A DNA stretch of 63,997 bases, filler included, from Asterionella formosa (lineage: Eukaryota), in the NCBI GenBank assembly GCA_002256025.1. It is 6 parts of 6 records of this genome, joined end to end, with 100 filler letters (N's around TTAATTAATTAA, not from the genome) between each part and the next. Parts side by side here need not be neighbours in the genome. Positions count along the whole stretch, not along the records: positions 1 to 10,718 come from NKIB01009210.1; positions 10,819 to 21,540 come from NKIB01009211.1; 4 more parts are not named here. The stretch is one strand, 5' to 3'. Made by a program: the position numbers and the translations under genes. The notes under the pieces were generated by a model. The model saw only the letters and a program-made list of their open reading frames with translations, did not search any database and was not told the DNA's origin. This document shows positions 1 to 13,003 of this stretch, one piece after another. Within the stretch, counting starts at the first letter, position 1. Each line of letters starts with the position of its first letter.

Positions 1-1577
1 TTCGTTATATCATCTAATAATTTTGATAAATGCCTTTGTAATTTAAATAGTAACCCTTTTGACTACATATATTTAATTATTATATGTATTGTTTCTATTT
101 GATTCCTGTATTCGAATTTCTTGGTAGAATAATGTACCAGTTCAAGTAATGTAATTTGGCTCGTCATTTCCATCCGCCCATCATCACTCCGATTTTTGCA
201 ACAACAACGAAATACTAGCGATGACAAGCGGAATGAATGTTTGCGATAACGTCTTCAATTTGTTGGTCAAGTGATCTTTATATCTTCGAGTAATCGTCAT
301 GTGCAGTGAACCTTTGTTCATAATCATTCAATTAAGAGTTTACAGGAGAGAAGAAACCATTCGAACTCGTAATGTTTCCGCACACAGCGCACAAAGTATA
401 TCCGTTTCGTCCACTTCAGCATGACAATCTCGCCAATCAACCTGTCCAGTAAACAAACACATTCTACTTGTTCTCGTTGACATTTTCAATTCTCACATGA
501 TACTACATCTACCTTCTATTGAGATTCAGCATAGAAGGAGATACGAAAATGCATTTCATTTTCATATTGCTCGCTTGTTTCTGCATTTGGTATACTGTAC
601 TTGAATTAACTATTGAACTTGTCCGCATCTTTGATACCATCAAGCAAGAGAGCGAAAGGAAGTGGCTCTTTTCATTGTTGTTTGCTCATAGGAAGAATTT
701 GATATCTGTATCGTCATTTGCTTGTTGGAATTGTCCGTTGCCTCAAACTTGCTTGGAGTGTGCGTGCACACACTGTCGACTTGTTGTTTTCATTGGTATG
801 TTGTTCTTGTATTCACTGTTGAACTTGTCCGCATCTTTGTTACCATCAATAGAGCGACAAGTGGGTTTCTTCATTGTTATTTGCTCTTGGAAAAGTTGGT
901 GTCCGTGTCATCCTCATCATTTGCTGGAAAAATTGGTACTCGTGGTATCATCATTCGCTCGTTAGAACCACTATCCGTTTCCTCAAACCTGATTAGCGTG
1001 TGAGTATGTGCACTGTCGACTTTTGTACATTACAGGCGGAGTGACTTGTTAGCTACTAAATTGCGTGATATAATAATATACCCCCTAGCACGATGCATTA
1101 TACAGTTGCTTCCCAATCATCTCATCATGATTGATAAGATGATAACGTGATATCATGATAGCACCAAAGTATGATACGTAATAATTAATAAAGTACATCA
1201 CATAGCTATGATGCAGCGATCATAGAACTGTGATGATTTTTTATAATGTATATGATATCATTTTGATCGAAATATAATTATGTTAAAATAATACAATGAC
1301 AATAAAATACGATAAAATATGTACGCAAGTGTTACCAAAACATCATAGGTTAATTAATATATATGTTTGTCGTTTAATGTATATAGTTAAAGTCAACACT
1401 TAATATGATAGTATTATACAATGGATAGGATCTAAGTATACGGATGCGTTGATATGTACATCACTATAATATGATTTGTGATTTGGATTGATGCATATCA
1501 CATACCGGTATCCTCAACAACCAGCCATCACGTTCATTGTCGTGTCGTCTTTCCTTGTTTTAGCTATATAACGGTAT

Positions 1578-3954
1578 ATGCCGGCATGTGTCTCGTGTAA
1601 ACACGACGCTGGCGGAACATGCATATTACACTGTGCTCTGTTCAACAATTACTACACTCGGTTACCATCACACCAGTTCCACCTCCACAAGCGCCGCAAT
1701 AAGCTCCGCGAAAAGCTCCGCGTTTCCCTTCCCCTGTTTTACATCATTGTCTTCTGGCCCTTTGACAACTTTCCAAATGGCTTTTCTTGGATTTCATGCA
1801 AAGGATCAGTCAAACAAGAAACGAGACTTACTTCCATTGTTTACACTACACGACTTTACGTTTTCGGAAAAGAAGATGAAGAAAGTTATGAAATCAATCG
1901 AAGATTTGCTCCTTTGAATACACTCAGAGATCAAATGAATTTGAACAGATTCATAATACTCCAGAAAAAATAATGAAGCAAGTATGCCAACCGATACAAT
2001 AGTGGCTGAGATTGAAAAGAAGGAAATATTGCTTTCGAAGAGGAAACTCAAACAGTTGGTCTTTGTGGATGAAGACTCTATTCGTACAGAGTCACAGTTC
2101 CATCATCCAGTGTCGTATTTTGCTCCTCATTCTCCCGAAATCGCTGATAATGAAGAAGAACTCAGTGATTCTCATTCATTTGATGAACAAATTCATGCGA
2201 TGAATGAAAATATCGGCGGAAATGTGGCAGACAACACTTCAGAAGTAGAAATGGAGCAAAACCAAGAAACATATCTCACTATCCGTCCAGAACATCAAGA
2301 TGAACATCATAAAAGCAGAGAAACTATTGCATTTCTAAAAGAACAGATATTCAAGAAAAAGTCTGAGCTAGACCAAGACATCGAATTCAAGAAGATCAAT
2401 GCAGACAGAGATGTGATGCTGGCTAAGGCAGTTGATGCTCTGAATAGGGAACGAAGTCAGAAACACAAAATTGAATCTTTTTCCAAATCATACATGGAAG
2501 AAAAAGAATTTCTTTGTAAAATCATTGAAAACAATCCCGAAGGCAGCTACTTTTGTGAAGAGTCGACATGTGAAATGTGTAGAGTTATTATGCCAAGAAA
2601 GCAAACGGCATTTTCCTTGAGTTTGCCGAAATCGCGTGGACAACTAAAATTGTGAAAAGAGTTGTACACTCGTAGTCTACCCCACAAGATATATGCAATT
2701 ACGCCTCTGTATTTTTTGGAGTCAAAGGTATCAAAAAATCATCTTCAGATTTTAAAGATCTTGCATGTTGAGACCTTGAAACAATTATCTTGCTCTATGA
2801 TCCATTATATAATTCATGAACTTCATCCAACTGATGTAAAGGTTATACTATATTTGATCTGTATGAGAACCCAGAAAAGGGTAATAACAAGAATCCATAT
2901 ATATACCAAGGTGATTGTCATCCACTTCATCACGAAAGTAACTATGTGCTAATTGTGTATTGCAAAAGATCAGATGAGTAGGAAAACAATCATTTTGTGC
3001 ATTATCTTTTTTCTATAAATGGCTGATGGATTATGTCAAGTCCGTGATCCAGGAAAAGATGCAAGTTTTGATGAACATTATGATCAAGTATTTCACCTTG
3101 CCCGTAAGTACTGCATCATCCCCGGATGCAGAAAAGAATTGGAATTGTTATGCACCGATACAGGATATCTTCCACAAGAATGACATCCCATATACCTAAA
3201 GAAATTGGGTTCTAGGAATCTTTCTATACTGGCAGCAAAGCACGCACCATTGCAGATCAGCATGGCAACTGAACATGATTCCATGTTATTTCAACCAGAA
3301 GATGACAGTGGATGGTCATGTGGACCTTTTACAATTGTGAAAGTGTTGGAAACTCTATTGCAATTAGAAAGGAATGGCAAAACCAAATTTCTTGGCAAAT
3401 GGGCACATTTTCGTTTGGAGACTGAGTCCTGGAAATTTTTAAAACGTCAGGTGGTAGCGAACAGACGATTTCTTATCCATTACATCTGACCCATCAACCA
3501 AGTCAACATACTTTCATCTTGGAACAGTTTTACCTCAAGTGACAACGAGAAGCAAATTCTCGTGAGCAGGATATCATGTTTCAGTTGGAAATAACTGTTC
3601 TTCAATTTTGTATTGACAAAATTTTGACATCCTATTTAGATTTAAAAATGTTGAACGAAGTATTTGGACGAGTTCCTTGCAACTCTGCCTTCTTTCAAGA
3701 AGGATGATGTTGTCTACGTAAAATCCATGATACAACAAAGTAATGAAAAACTTGCTCCCTTCAAATGGTATAATCCTGCACCTCTGCTTGGCCAAATTTC
3801 TGGATGCATTAAAATTGACAAAAAGTTGAAAAATAAATTGTATCTGATGATGGCCTTTCTGGAATCAAATTGGAAAAGTTTACAGCCTTATATCGAACTG
3901 CAGTTGAAAAGTGGAGAAGCAAAATTTCGGACGAAACGAGAAGGACCATCTTAG
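1578..3954 (+). pseudogene. Degenerate element gene with an acidic/coiled-coil region and a C48/Ulp1-like cysteine protease domain
   Basis: Chain of frameshifted ORFs (1578-1973, 1984-2655, 2662-2952, 3205-3489, 3664-3954). Catalytic order His (NNHFVHYLF, codon 2991), Asp (QVRDP, codon 3046), then Gln..Cys (FQPEDDSGWSCGPF, Cys codon 3319) matches clan CE proteases. The TAG at 2979 is GAG in the 21061 copy. Confidence 0.6.
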
Positions 3955-4115
3955 GTTCTTTTGGAGTGAAAAAGAACAAATAATGGAACATTGGATAATC
4001 ATTTCTTAGGAAATTGTAGTTTGTGAAAACCTCATAATAACCAATTTAGTATGCGAAACTATATTGTTACCATTATCATTTATATTATTCTTTTATATTT
4101 ATCAACGTTCGTTTG

Positions 4116-7100
4116 TTATTTTTTTTTCCCACCCGATTGATTTCCATAAATTACGTGGAGGCATGGCAACATAAAAATTATCTTTCCGTATCTGTTCCAA
4201 AACTTCTTGCAGCCGGTTTCAGAGATTTCCTTGATTCCTGTGGTTTCAAAGCAGGAACAACAAATGCTGCCGAAAGTATGTTATGAAATTCAACAACGCT
4301 CAATTCAGTTGTATCATTGCATAAGGGAGAAACTTGATCCATCTCCCTTTTCCCAGTTCACTTGGACCCAATCAAGCCATTCACTACCAGAGATTCCTGC
4401 ATTTGAATCAATATTCCATTTCCGTTGGCATCTGAAAATAATAGTAGTTTGGCCGGGAACGTTACTTTCAATTTTAACATGATAATAAAAGTCAATCCTT
4501 ACAATGGAAACAGGCCCAATCCCATCTTCAAGACTTTTGATTTTTGCTATTTCTATTGCTGAATTCGCAATGCTCTTTACGTAGTTGGCCCCCTTCGGTA
4601 AATCAGGATGAACCAATTGAGACAAGGGTGCATCCTTTCTCCGTGATACATGCCCGATCTTATTAGGGACACTTGCTATAGTCCATTGACCATTTGATGA
4701 TGAAGCAGAAAATTGAACTTTAACAGGAAGGGCTGGTAAATGGATCTTGGTAGGCGATATTCCAAAATTTTCAGGCGACCTACCGGGCAACATCATTGTA
4801 TCCGGAATCATTCCTTCGAAATCAATTTCTGTTGAAATACCCTCATTTACATTGATGGTATTTTCTCTACTCATCTTCTTTTGTTTGTTTTCTGTATGTA
4901 ATGAATCACTTACAAAAACAATTTTTCGTGCTAAGGCAAACTGCCTTGTTTCATATGACCTTGTTAAAATGTCATGCTTTAATCGATGTAATTGTCCATT
5001 GACACGCTTACTGGGTCGTTTCAAATTGTCTTTCAAAAAAGACTCCAAATATCCACCAAAGAAATTAAGAGGAGATCCGAACTTCCTAATCAGATGAGGG
5101 TAATGTTTCATTCCATGAAATTTTGTCATTCGTAAGCCAATTTGAGATATCATTTCCTGTTGGGGACCAATCATAATCTTAGTAACTGACATAAATCTCT
5201 TCACCCTTTCCTCTAAAATATCAATACATGTTGATGTATGTTGTGGTATGAATAAAGTGTCATTGATAGATATACATCACCATAACAGCAATGTGAAATC
5301 CTTTTCTAGGTTCATGTTCTCTGAACCCATCATTATAGCCACCCATTGAAAAAAAAGTTAACTGACATAATCCGGGAATTTCTTGCCCTGACATTTTTGA
5401 CAAAACTGTCATCCCAGATCTGTATGACAATTTTGGAATATCACGATCGCTTTGCCTTTCCAAATGACTATTGATATATCTAGCACTTTGTTCGAAGTAT
5501 AGTTTTGAAAATACATTTCTGGTGCTGGTACAAGTGTTGGGTCTTGATTTTTGCCAGTAAAAATATTTTTGATAACTGGTGCATGTGTCCTTTTTGGTCT
5601 TTGCCGTTTCTTCGGTTGCTCTTGATCAAGAAAAGCAGAGTCTGTTGTTTCAGTGTTACGTTTATGATTGGAGATGTTTACTGGAATATCTGGAGATTTT
5701 CTTTCTTTAAAAAAACATGTTAATGTACTTAAATATTCCTAGTAGTAATTGATCAAGAACCTCAAATGGAGTTGCATCAAATAATCCTTCTCAGTCACCA
5801 CCAAAAAAATGATTTATTAGTGCAGGCATAATAGGATTATGCGATATAACACACATGGCACCACTCGTTTGCTGTTGCGAATTTGCCATTAGATTGGGAG
5901 ACACAATGATACTCAGGTGTGATACATGGTAATTTTCCATCAGGATATGCATTTTTGTCAAGAAACTTGTTTAAAAACATTTTAACATCTGACACTTTAC
6001 GACGTTCACATCCAATATCAGGATTATCAGCATCCTCAGTTGAAACCAGGAAATCACGACAAACATATCGTCGATATAATCCATTACCACCCCTGAAGCC
6101 ACAAATTTTGTTGTGTTCTTCTGTATCACCAATGATAATTCCAATCTGAAAATAAACTTTTGTCATACCAAGACCATGAACCCAAATATCGTATGACTTG
6201 TTTGGATCGCTCTTCGAAAGGCGACAATAGAAATCCTGTAACAGAATGTTATAATTTGAGTCTACATAAGGAGGACAAGTTGTCACCAGATAACTTATTA
6301 TTCATTTGTTTTTAGATCACTGACTTCAATGTCTGGCAAAAGAGATACTAATTGCCATCCATCAACTTTTTTTCTTCCTTCTAACGTTAAGTTTAACATT
6401 GTCAGCAAAAACGGGTGCTCGGAATTTTTCATTTGTATATCAATAGGTGAACCAACACTGAAAACTGCTAGGGCAAGAAATAAACACCCTGTCTTCAACA
6501 CTCCATTTTCTGATGCAGGAGAATTGTTGAATGCATTTTCAAACCAAGTTGCAGAAGTTACTTCGTCATATATGCATGTATTCTCCACAAGTTGAAATTT
6601 TCCTTTGTGGGTGACATACAAAATGTTGCATGATATCGGAATCACGTAGCAATCCTGCCATGAGCTGTACTGGTTCGAAATCATGGAGTGTGCGTGGGAT
6701 GATCATATTTGAATTGTTATCAATCTTTATTTGTTTGGTCAACAGTTGACCACCAGCTAATGTTGGTGGAAATGAAATATCCATGCGTTTATTCAAAGTC
6801 TGGTAGGATGGAGCTTGATACCTTCCATCAAAATATTTCATTGCTTTTGCCTTGATCAAAGTAAACTGGTGGAAGATAATTCTCGTTGAAGAATAACATG
6901 AGTTCTAATGTAGTGATTAAGTTCATTGACCAATTGATAATATCCTTTGGCAAGTGCAAAATGTTTTTCCCTCAGTTTGTCATCTACTTGTTGGTCCGTG
7001 CTATTAGAAAATTTATGATATGGTACCATGTCGTCCATCTGAATCCTGGAGTTATTAATGTCATCATCGACAGGAGCCATTTTTCTTGTATCAACAACTG

Positions 7101-7350
7101 AAGTAGAAACGTCATCATTGCTGTCAGTATCAATTACGGGATCTTTTGTACTAGTAGCTGATGGTGTCCCCATCGACGATGGGGTATTACCCCCAACGTC
7201 TCCCAATCGCCGATTGGGTTGCTTTGGATAATCGCCTATTCGCTTTTTCTTTGTAAACTCATTTTGGAACTTGCTTCTTTGTTCAATACCGGCAGTATTT
7301 GCCACATGTCGCTTGTTTCCATGAACCTCTTTATGGTTTCTTGACGACAT
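4116..7350 (-). pseudogene. Plavaka-family (CMC/EnSpm-related) DDE transposase, fragmented
   Basis: Ordered motifs across broken ORFs: YDEVTSATWF; LALAVFS(V)GSPID...HPFLLTMLNL..EGRK...WQLVSLLP; IIIGDTEEHNKICG; ATPFEVL(D)QLLLGIFKY (~5725-5785); RQSDRDIPKLSYRSGMTVLSKMSGQE; TKFHGMKHYPHLIRKFGSPLNFFGGYLESFLKDNLKRPSKRVN; FRCQRKW...WLDWVQVNW; terminal AFVVP...AMPPRNLWKSIGW. Multiple stops and frameshifts. The N-terminal 6910-7350 may belong to another gene (see findings). Confidence 0.75.
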
Positions 7351-7408
7351 TGTACTACTTGATAACTGTTGTCGTTGTCTTCCTTAAAGTTCGATGATCT
7401 TAAATTCA

Positions 7409-7597
7409 TTTACTGTCCCGCTGCAGTAGCAGCAGTCATAGACATATGGTGTTCTATTGCTTGCTTATTACTCCGACTACCGCTTTTCAGTTTCCCGATC
7501 ATACAATCCTAAAACTATGATGATTTACTATCCCACTGCAGTAACAACAGTCCTGAACATATGGTGTTCTGTTGCTAGTTTACTTCTCCGACTACCC
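7409..7597 (-). repeat. ~1.6 copies of the 115-bp element repeat upstream of the MSSRNHKEV ORF
   Basis: Reverse complement of the unit tandemly repeated at 56536-56995. Confidence 0.9.
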
Positions 7598-7969
7598 CCA
7601 GTATATCACTTACTACCTGGCTGCTACTGGTACTATATATATATATATATATATATATGATATATTGTTATTGTCATATGATGTACCGGTAAACATGAAG
7701 AGCTCCCAACCAAAAAAGGGGCTTAAACAATTTGCTACCAAAACCCTTGCGGCAATTGAACGGTCTAACTAAATTAGTTTCAACGGACGTAAAAAATATC
7801 GATGCAAACAAATTTCAGAAATAATACCGGTACAGGTAGTCATGGAAAACAATAGACATGTAGTGCATTGAGTATTTTCGAATTATGTATATGCGAGCAT
7901 GATCATCCCAACCATATCAGATGTTCCATATCGAGAGCGCCTTTGAATTTTATAAATATATAACACTTC

Positions 7970-8003
<34 letters not shown>

Positions 8004-9706
8004 TTACAAATTTTATTACTATATCCATGGCATATATATTTTTGAAATCGTTCTGTCATGTTAACAAACAATGCCTGCTGCTTCATGAAAAGATACGCAT
8101 GTCGTAGTAAAGCACATGACAAGAAAAGAAAGTTTACGCAATACATAACGAAAAACATTATGACTTCGACACATTGCGAATTCGAAGGATGGAGAATGTT
8201 TAAGGTCATGAAGCCATCAATGTGGTACTTGGATGACAATCGTTGGGAGACAGGCAGCACAACAACAAATTGTTAACTAAACACACTTTTCCTTTTTTCT
8301 TCAGTTGATTCAACAGCTCGTTTCGCTTGTTGGGGAGCACCAATGTAAAACAAAACCAAATTGCGTAAGTGCTCTTGTCGCTCGTTGGACCTATTCACTT
8401 CTGTTGGAACAAAACTGACAAAAAATTGACCATCTCTCAAAGTTAGGCTGACAAAAATGAACCGGTAAGTTTTATTCGACAACATTGGATACCCGAAACT
8501 TACTTATTCAAGAATTTGGCTTACTGACAAGTTACTATTACAGACTTATGCATCCTCAGTTGCATTGATTTGTGGTAAGTGAAGCAAGAGGATACGATGG
8601 AATTGCGTATTTTTGTGTCAATGTAACATGACTAGCTAACAAATCATCCTTCTCATTGTAACTGTAACTGCATGCATAGGACAATAAAAACAATCAAACA
8701 ACGGAATAGTCGGCAAGTTCAGAATGACACTTACAGCAGGGAAAAAGACGCAGCATCAGTAAGGTACTGCCTCGCACACAATTCAGAACAGAGGAAGAAA
8801 GAGTGAGAAAGGAATATCCATTGAGACGAGTGAAGAGGTGAGAAACATTCCTCGGGTAGCTGTCGAAACAGAAATATCATTTGGTTAAATTTGATAGTTA
8901 AATTACGATCTATTCCAATCCTTTTTTAACAATCCTTGTAATTAGAAATATGATCATGATAAAGATAGATATACGATGAAACAATTCAAATGATAGCATA
9001 TAGTTTAGCTGATTTTAGGATGCATTGTAGTTATAATTTACATCGGGCGATCACGAGAAGTGAAAATAATATGAGAAGGTTTATGATATTGACGAGAAAT
9101 GTTGTTGATCAGTTTATATACATTGTGTGATGATTATGTTCTTATTATCATTATACTTCAAGGTTGGTAAAATATTAATAAATCATCATAGTTACAAGAT
9201 ACCTTGATCATATTTTTGATCCAAAAATTATCATATATACGAAAATCCTGTGCCACTTAGGGTCGTTCTTATCATTCCGAATTTGCTGTATCATTTCCGG
9301 GTTGCGGGCAAAAAATGACGGTTGGTATCAAAACACGGTATCAGCAACGGTAACTTGATGGCATCAATTTTGTATCATTGATACAAAATTGATACCTTTT
9401 TTACCCCCTCCAAAAACGGTATCAGTGATACTGACGTTTTCATGTGGGTATCGTTTCCGTTGTCACTAATAAAATAACCGAAAATAAGCCTGCAAGGCAA
9501 GGCACCAGTGATAATATTAATGGCATATACTATTCCTTCAATTTTATGCTGGCTGCTTACATCGTCCAAGCAACACCATTGATACAATTATACAGCACCA
9601 GACAGAAAGTTATACTTGGCGATCTTATAACCCCCAAGTGTTTTTGTGTATTTGTTACTACAGATCAGTCATTTGAATCTCCCTGAAGATACTACAAGCA
9701 AGGCAA

Positions 9707-10407
9707 ATGGAACCGCATAGTATGGAACCAGTCACACAAACGCAAACAACAACTGTTGATGTGGAGACCACTGTATATCAAGATCGACCCACCACCTTCA
9801 ACGATACAATGCAATCTTTTGCTACAGATACTGAAGTCGATCGATTTGTTGACTCCCTCATACTTCCTGATGAGTTTGTGCTTGATAGTGAAAGGACAAA
9901 GGTGATTTTCATCAAAAGTGTTGCAATGAAGCAGATCTCGGTCAAGGTTCTCCGAAAAATTTGCGTCAGATACAAAGTTTCTGGATACAAAAATGCGAAG
10001 AAGGCTTTCACTGTTGCTTTGATTGCTCGACTTTGTCATCAAAATCAAAATCTTCAAGCAATTTCAGTGTTAGAAAGAAGGGAAGACATGCAATCTTGAC
10101 GCAAAAACCTACATCATCTTCTCAAAATCTTGCAATTGCATTGGAATCATTTGAGAAGTCAAATGTTGCAAAACTCAGACTGCTAGAGTCTACAACTGCA
10201 CCACGCAGAGAAAATGATCTACTGGATGTCTTGGATAAGTATAAGGTCCGACTAAGAGTTGCGCGGGAGGAACTGGAAGAACTCGAAAATAAAGATTATG
10301 ACTCTTCAAGTTCTGACATTGTCCAAGCTCGTTTAGAAATTGCATTGTGTAAAAGAAAGCGTGATCAGGTCTTCAATCTCTTGTCTCAAGGTGACACATT
10401 GAAATGA
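9707..10407 (+). pseudogene. Putative Harbinger accessory DNA-binding ORF, frameshifted or internally deleted
   Basis: ORFs 9707-10099 (LRKICVRYKVSGYKNAKK helical motif) and the distal part of 9961-10407 (coiled coil) are out of frame; convergent with the transposase end. Confidence 0.45.
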
Positions 10408-10435
10408 ATATTTTTTTTCAACAATCAATTATAAT

Positions 10436-10717
10436 CTACATTAAATTTAATTCATGTAATTCCAACCTTTTTCTTTCAATATTACCTGGAGGTCTTTGCA
10501 AACCCATGTTAGCAATTCTTTCAAGAATAACATCTCGAATGACAGAAGTACCAGGCATTACATCCAATTTCTCAACCGTTGGCAAATATCCCCAACCAAG
10601 TGGAGAATTGTAGACTGGGGTGATTTCAGCTAAAATCTCCTGGATGTCATCTGCCTCATCACTTCCAGGTAACCCAGAAATATCCTTATCAACTTTATTT
10701 TCGTCTATGACATAATT
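10436..10717 (-). CDS. C-terminal fragment of a Harbinger/HARBI1-like transposase (5' partial; absent from the ORF track)
   Basis: Open frame from the scaffold end: NYVIDENK...GWGYLPTV...GTSVIRDVILERIANMGLQRPPGNIERK*. Resembles the LHN-to-GLxRP tail of stramenopile Harbinger transposases. Confidence 0.6.
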   Translation of the reverse strand, partial: NYVIDENKVDKDISGLPGSDEADDIQEILAEITPVYNSPLGWGYLPTVEKLDVMPGTSVIRDVILERIANMGLQRPPGNIERKRLELHELNLM

Positions 10718-10718
10718 G

Positions 10719-10818
10719 NNNNNNNNNNNNNNNNNNNNNNNNNNNNNNNNNNNNNNNNNNNNTTAATTAATTAANNNNNNNNNNNNNNNNNNNNNNNNNN
10801 NNNNNNNNNNNNNNNNNN
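10719..10818. other. Artificial scaffold spacer (44 N + TTAATTAATTAA + 44 N)
   Basis: Exact 100-nt pattern with stops in all six frames; identical at five places in the window. Confidence 0.98.
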
Positions 10819-10930
10819 CGGGTAGACTACCGCAGCACAACAATTGAGAAGAAAGCCTCGCCGGCCTGTTTCCTACCTCTAGTCACAGTAACTCATTCTA
10901 AATCCATACTTCTTGCGGTCCTCTCTGAAC

Positions 10931-11815
10931 ATGTCTGCAAGAAACCTGGAGGCCTTGCTGGTCAATCCAGAATATACTCGAAAGATTTTCGAACTTCGAG
11001 ATGGACGGAAATTAAGCTATTCTGAATGTGGAAACCTTGACACAGGCCTTCCGGTGCTTTTTCAGTTTGGCCTCATGGCCAGCAGTCTCGCCGTCATGAT
11101 GTTTCATATAGAATCCATCAACTTGGGTCTCCGAATTATTGCTGTTGACTATCCGGGAATCGGAGAATCCTCGCCTGTTCTGGATCGCACACTTGTCGGA
11201 TGGGCCGTTGACATGGATGAATTCTGCGAAGAAATGTTTGGGGATTCAAGAATAGCTCTGTTGGCGCATTCCATGGGAGGAACCCATGCTATTTCTCTAC
11301 TTTCTCATGCTCGTTTGAATCAACGAATACGATCTGTCACGCTAGTATCCCCCTGGCTGCCGTTCGAAAATTCTACAGATACACCTTGGTTTTTAGATGT
11401 CGCTCGCCAACTACCAACCGTATTCCAAGACAATTTTATCCCATTTTTTGCTACTACAATGACGACTTCATCGCTTTCCATGGCTGGTACCGTTGCCATG
11501 TGTTCCAAGAGTGCCAAAATGTTTGTGGTCCAAGAAATCACAGGATATGGCAAGTTCCAAGGGCAAGCTGGCAACAGACAAATGGTTCGACTGGCATTGG
11601 ATCCTATTGATATCGACGCCCTTCCTTCTCATATTTCCGTGTTTGTTTTTCACGGCAATAAGGATAACTTAGTCCACGAAGGAGCCTGTTTACAGCTGAT
11701 CGAATCTTGGATGGACAATTCGCCTACTTTTGTAAGCTTTGAAATGGCAGATCACAATACTGTCTTGGCGAATGATAATCTTCACACCATTCTAGCAACT
11801 GTGGTGGGAAAGTGA
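10931..11815 (+). CDS. Alpha/beta-fold hydrolase (Abhydrolase_1-like)
   Basis: LRDGRKLSYSECG, AVDYPGIGES, nucleophile elbow AHSMGG, FHGNKDNLV (Asp), ADHN (His); ATG at 10931. Confidence 0.9.
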   Translation: MSARNLEALLVNPEYTRKIFELRDGRKLSYSECGNLDTGLPVLFQFGLMASSLAVMMFHIESINLGLRIIAVDYPGIGESSPVLDRTLVGWAVDMDEFCEEMFGDSRIALLAHSMGGTHAISLLSHARLNQRIRSVTLVSPWLPFENSTDTPWFLDVARQLPTVFQDNFIPFFATTMTTSSLSMAGTVAMCSKSAKMFVVQEITGYGKFQGQAGNRQMVRLALDPIDIDALPSHISVFVFHGNKDNLVHEGACLQLIESWMDNSPTFVSFEMADHNTVLANDNLHTILATVVGK

Positions 11816-12912
11816 ATTATGGAAATAATGGGCGCATATACATGCATCCAAATGGAATGAGAGTTTCATTTGCACTGTCCTCTATTACACAGGTTTTAAG
11901 CGCAACACGAGCACTGCTGCTCAATAACCGCTTACAATATGACAAAAGGGAGACTTAAAAAGAAATGGCAACATTGATGAAATACTCTCAACATACCAAA
12001 AGTACTGGTATACTGTCTGGGAATAAGACTGCAGGTATAGTTAACCTATTACTACAAGGGCTTGCTGTGCATAACTTGAATGGCTGTGCAGGTTTGTGTT
12101 GGCATTGGGGTTGATGTCAGAGAGATTGTTTGCTACCATTTTCAGCAATAATGCACACAAAGAAGAAGCCGAAATTTAGAGGTGATCTGACCAACCTGGC
12201 ATCCTGACATATTTTCGAGTTTACCTTGCAGTACATTCCTCTGTAGAAGGTGGGGAATTTTAGGTTAGTTTAATTGCCCCTGAGGGTCATTTTAGGTTAT
12301 TCTGCACCTAAACTACAGGAAATGATAGAGATTAATTTCTTGTCCTACAGATGAATATTAGTAAAAGGCTACAGACAAAGTTAAATTTTCATTTCAATTC
12401 TTAGAATTTTTGGTGTGGGAAAAGCCAATAATGACTTGCTGGCTTCAATACTTTGTACAGTGTGAAATGGATGACAGATTACAGTACAGTACCCCAGTAC
12501 ATAAATTGATATTGGTATGTGATGCATTGGGCCTAGCACAGTACCAGTACCTGGTGAAGTATCAAACTAGGGCAGAAGTAGTTGTATTTGTTGAATATAT
12601 GAGTTTATTACTTATTCTTGATATGAAAGTCATTCTGACAGTTGACACTAATGTATACAATAGGCGGTGTTAGTCGAGTTCATTCATCATTGAGTTCTGA
12701 TATATATGATATAACCCTTTCCCTATATACATCGTATTGATGAGCGGGATCGCTCACCTGGTACTAGGGACATCTGGAAAACGTGTAATGGCAATAATTA
12801 TGGGGGTTCAATTTTATTAGTAGCTAACTATCCAGAACTTGAAATATATATTGAGAGCGCGTCAAGCAAGGACTGGCACGCTTCCATCTTGGCTTGTGCT
12901 CTTGACCCTTGC

Positions 12913-13003
12913 TGCTTAAGTTGAAAGTAAATAAGCGATTGGTGCTTAAAAGTAATTAAGCGTTTGGTGCTTAAGTTGAAAGTAAATAATCGTTTGGTGC
13001 TTA
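12913..13003 (+). repeat. Short tandem repeat, 25-30-nt units (GCTTAAGTTGAAAGTAAATAAGCGATTGGT)
   Basis: Three imperfect consecutive units plus a partial fourth. Confidence 0.8.

Larger units (their letters stand above)
1..9259. mobile_element. Large degenerate DNA-transposon-like element (Plavaka/CMC-type transposase plus Ulp1-like protease); true ends not defined
   Basis: Most segments recur elsewhere in the window: 1-410 = revcomp 57830-58240; ~480-1710 = revcomp ~62030-63150; 1614-2995 = 19790-21085; 6910-7670 = revcomp of 56470-57645 and 59290-60095; ~8645-8850 = revcomp ~58890-59080; 9145-9260 = revcomp 16118-16235. Contains broken transposase and protease reading frames. Confidence 0.75.
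9260..10718. mobile_element. PIF/Harbinger-like transposon (one end, truncated by scaffold end)
   Basis: Begins GGGTCGTTC right after TTA (9257-9259), the Harbinger target. Two convergent ORFs: an accessory ORF (+) and a transposase C-terminus (-). Confidence 0.6.

Noticed and set aside
519..1003. Hydrophobic ORFs 519-965 and 722-1003 as membrane proteins
   Set aside because: They lie in a ~210-bp tandem duplication within the repeat family, and the frames are not preserved in the 62646-63187 copy.
7633..8003. (TA)n tracts at ~7633-7658 and ~7970-8003
   Set aside because: Ordinary microsatellites.
9242..9260. CTAAGTGGCACAGG as the terminal sequence of the Plavaka element
   Set aside because: The homology break coincides with a probable Harbinger insertion at TTA, and no matching inverted end was found.
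10763..10774. TTAATTAATTAA recurring about every 10.8 kb as a biological periodic motif
   Set aside because: Always embedded in 44+44 N; it is an assembly linker.
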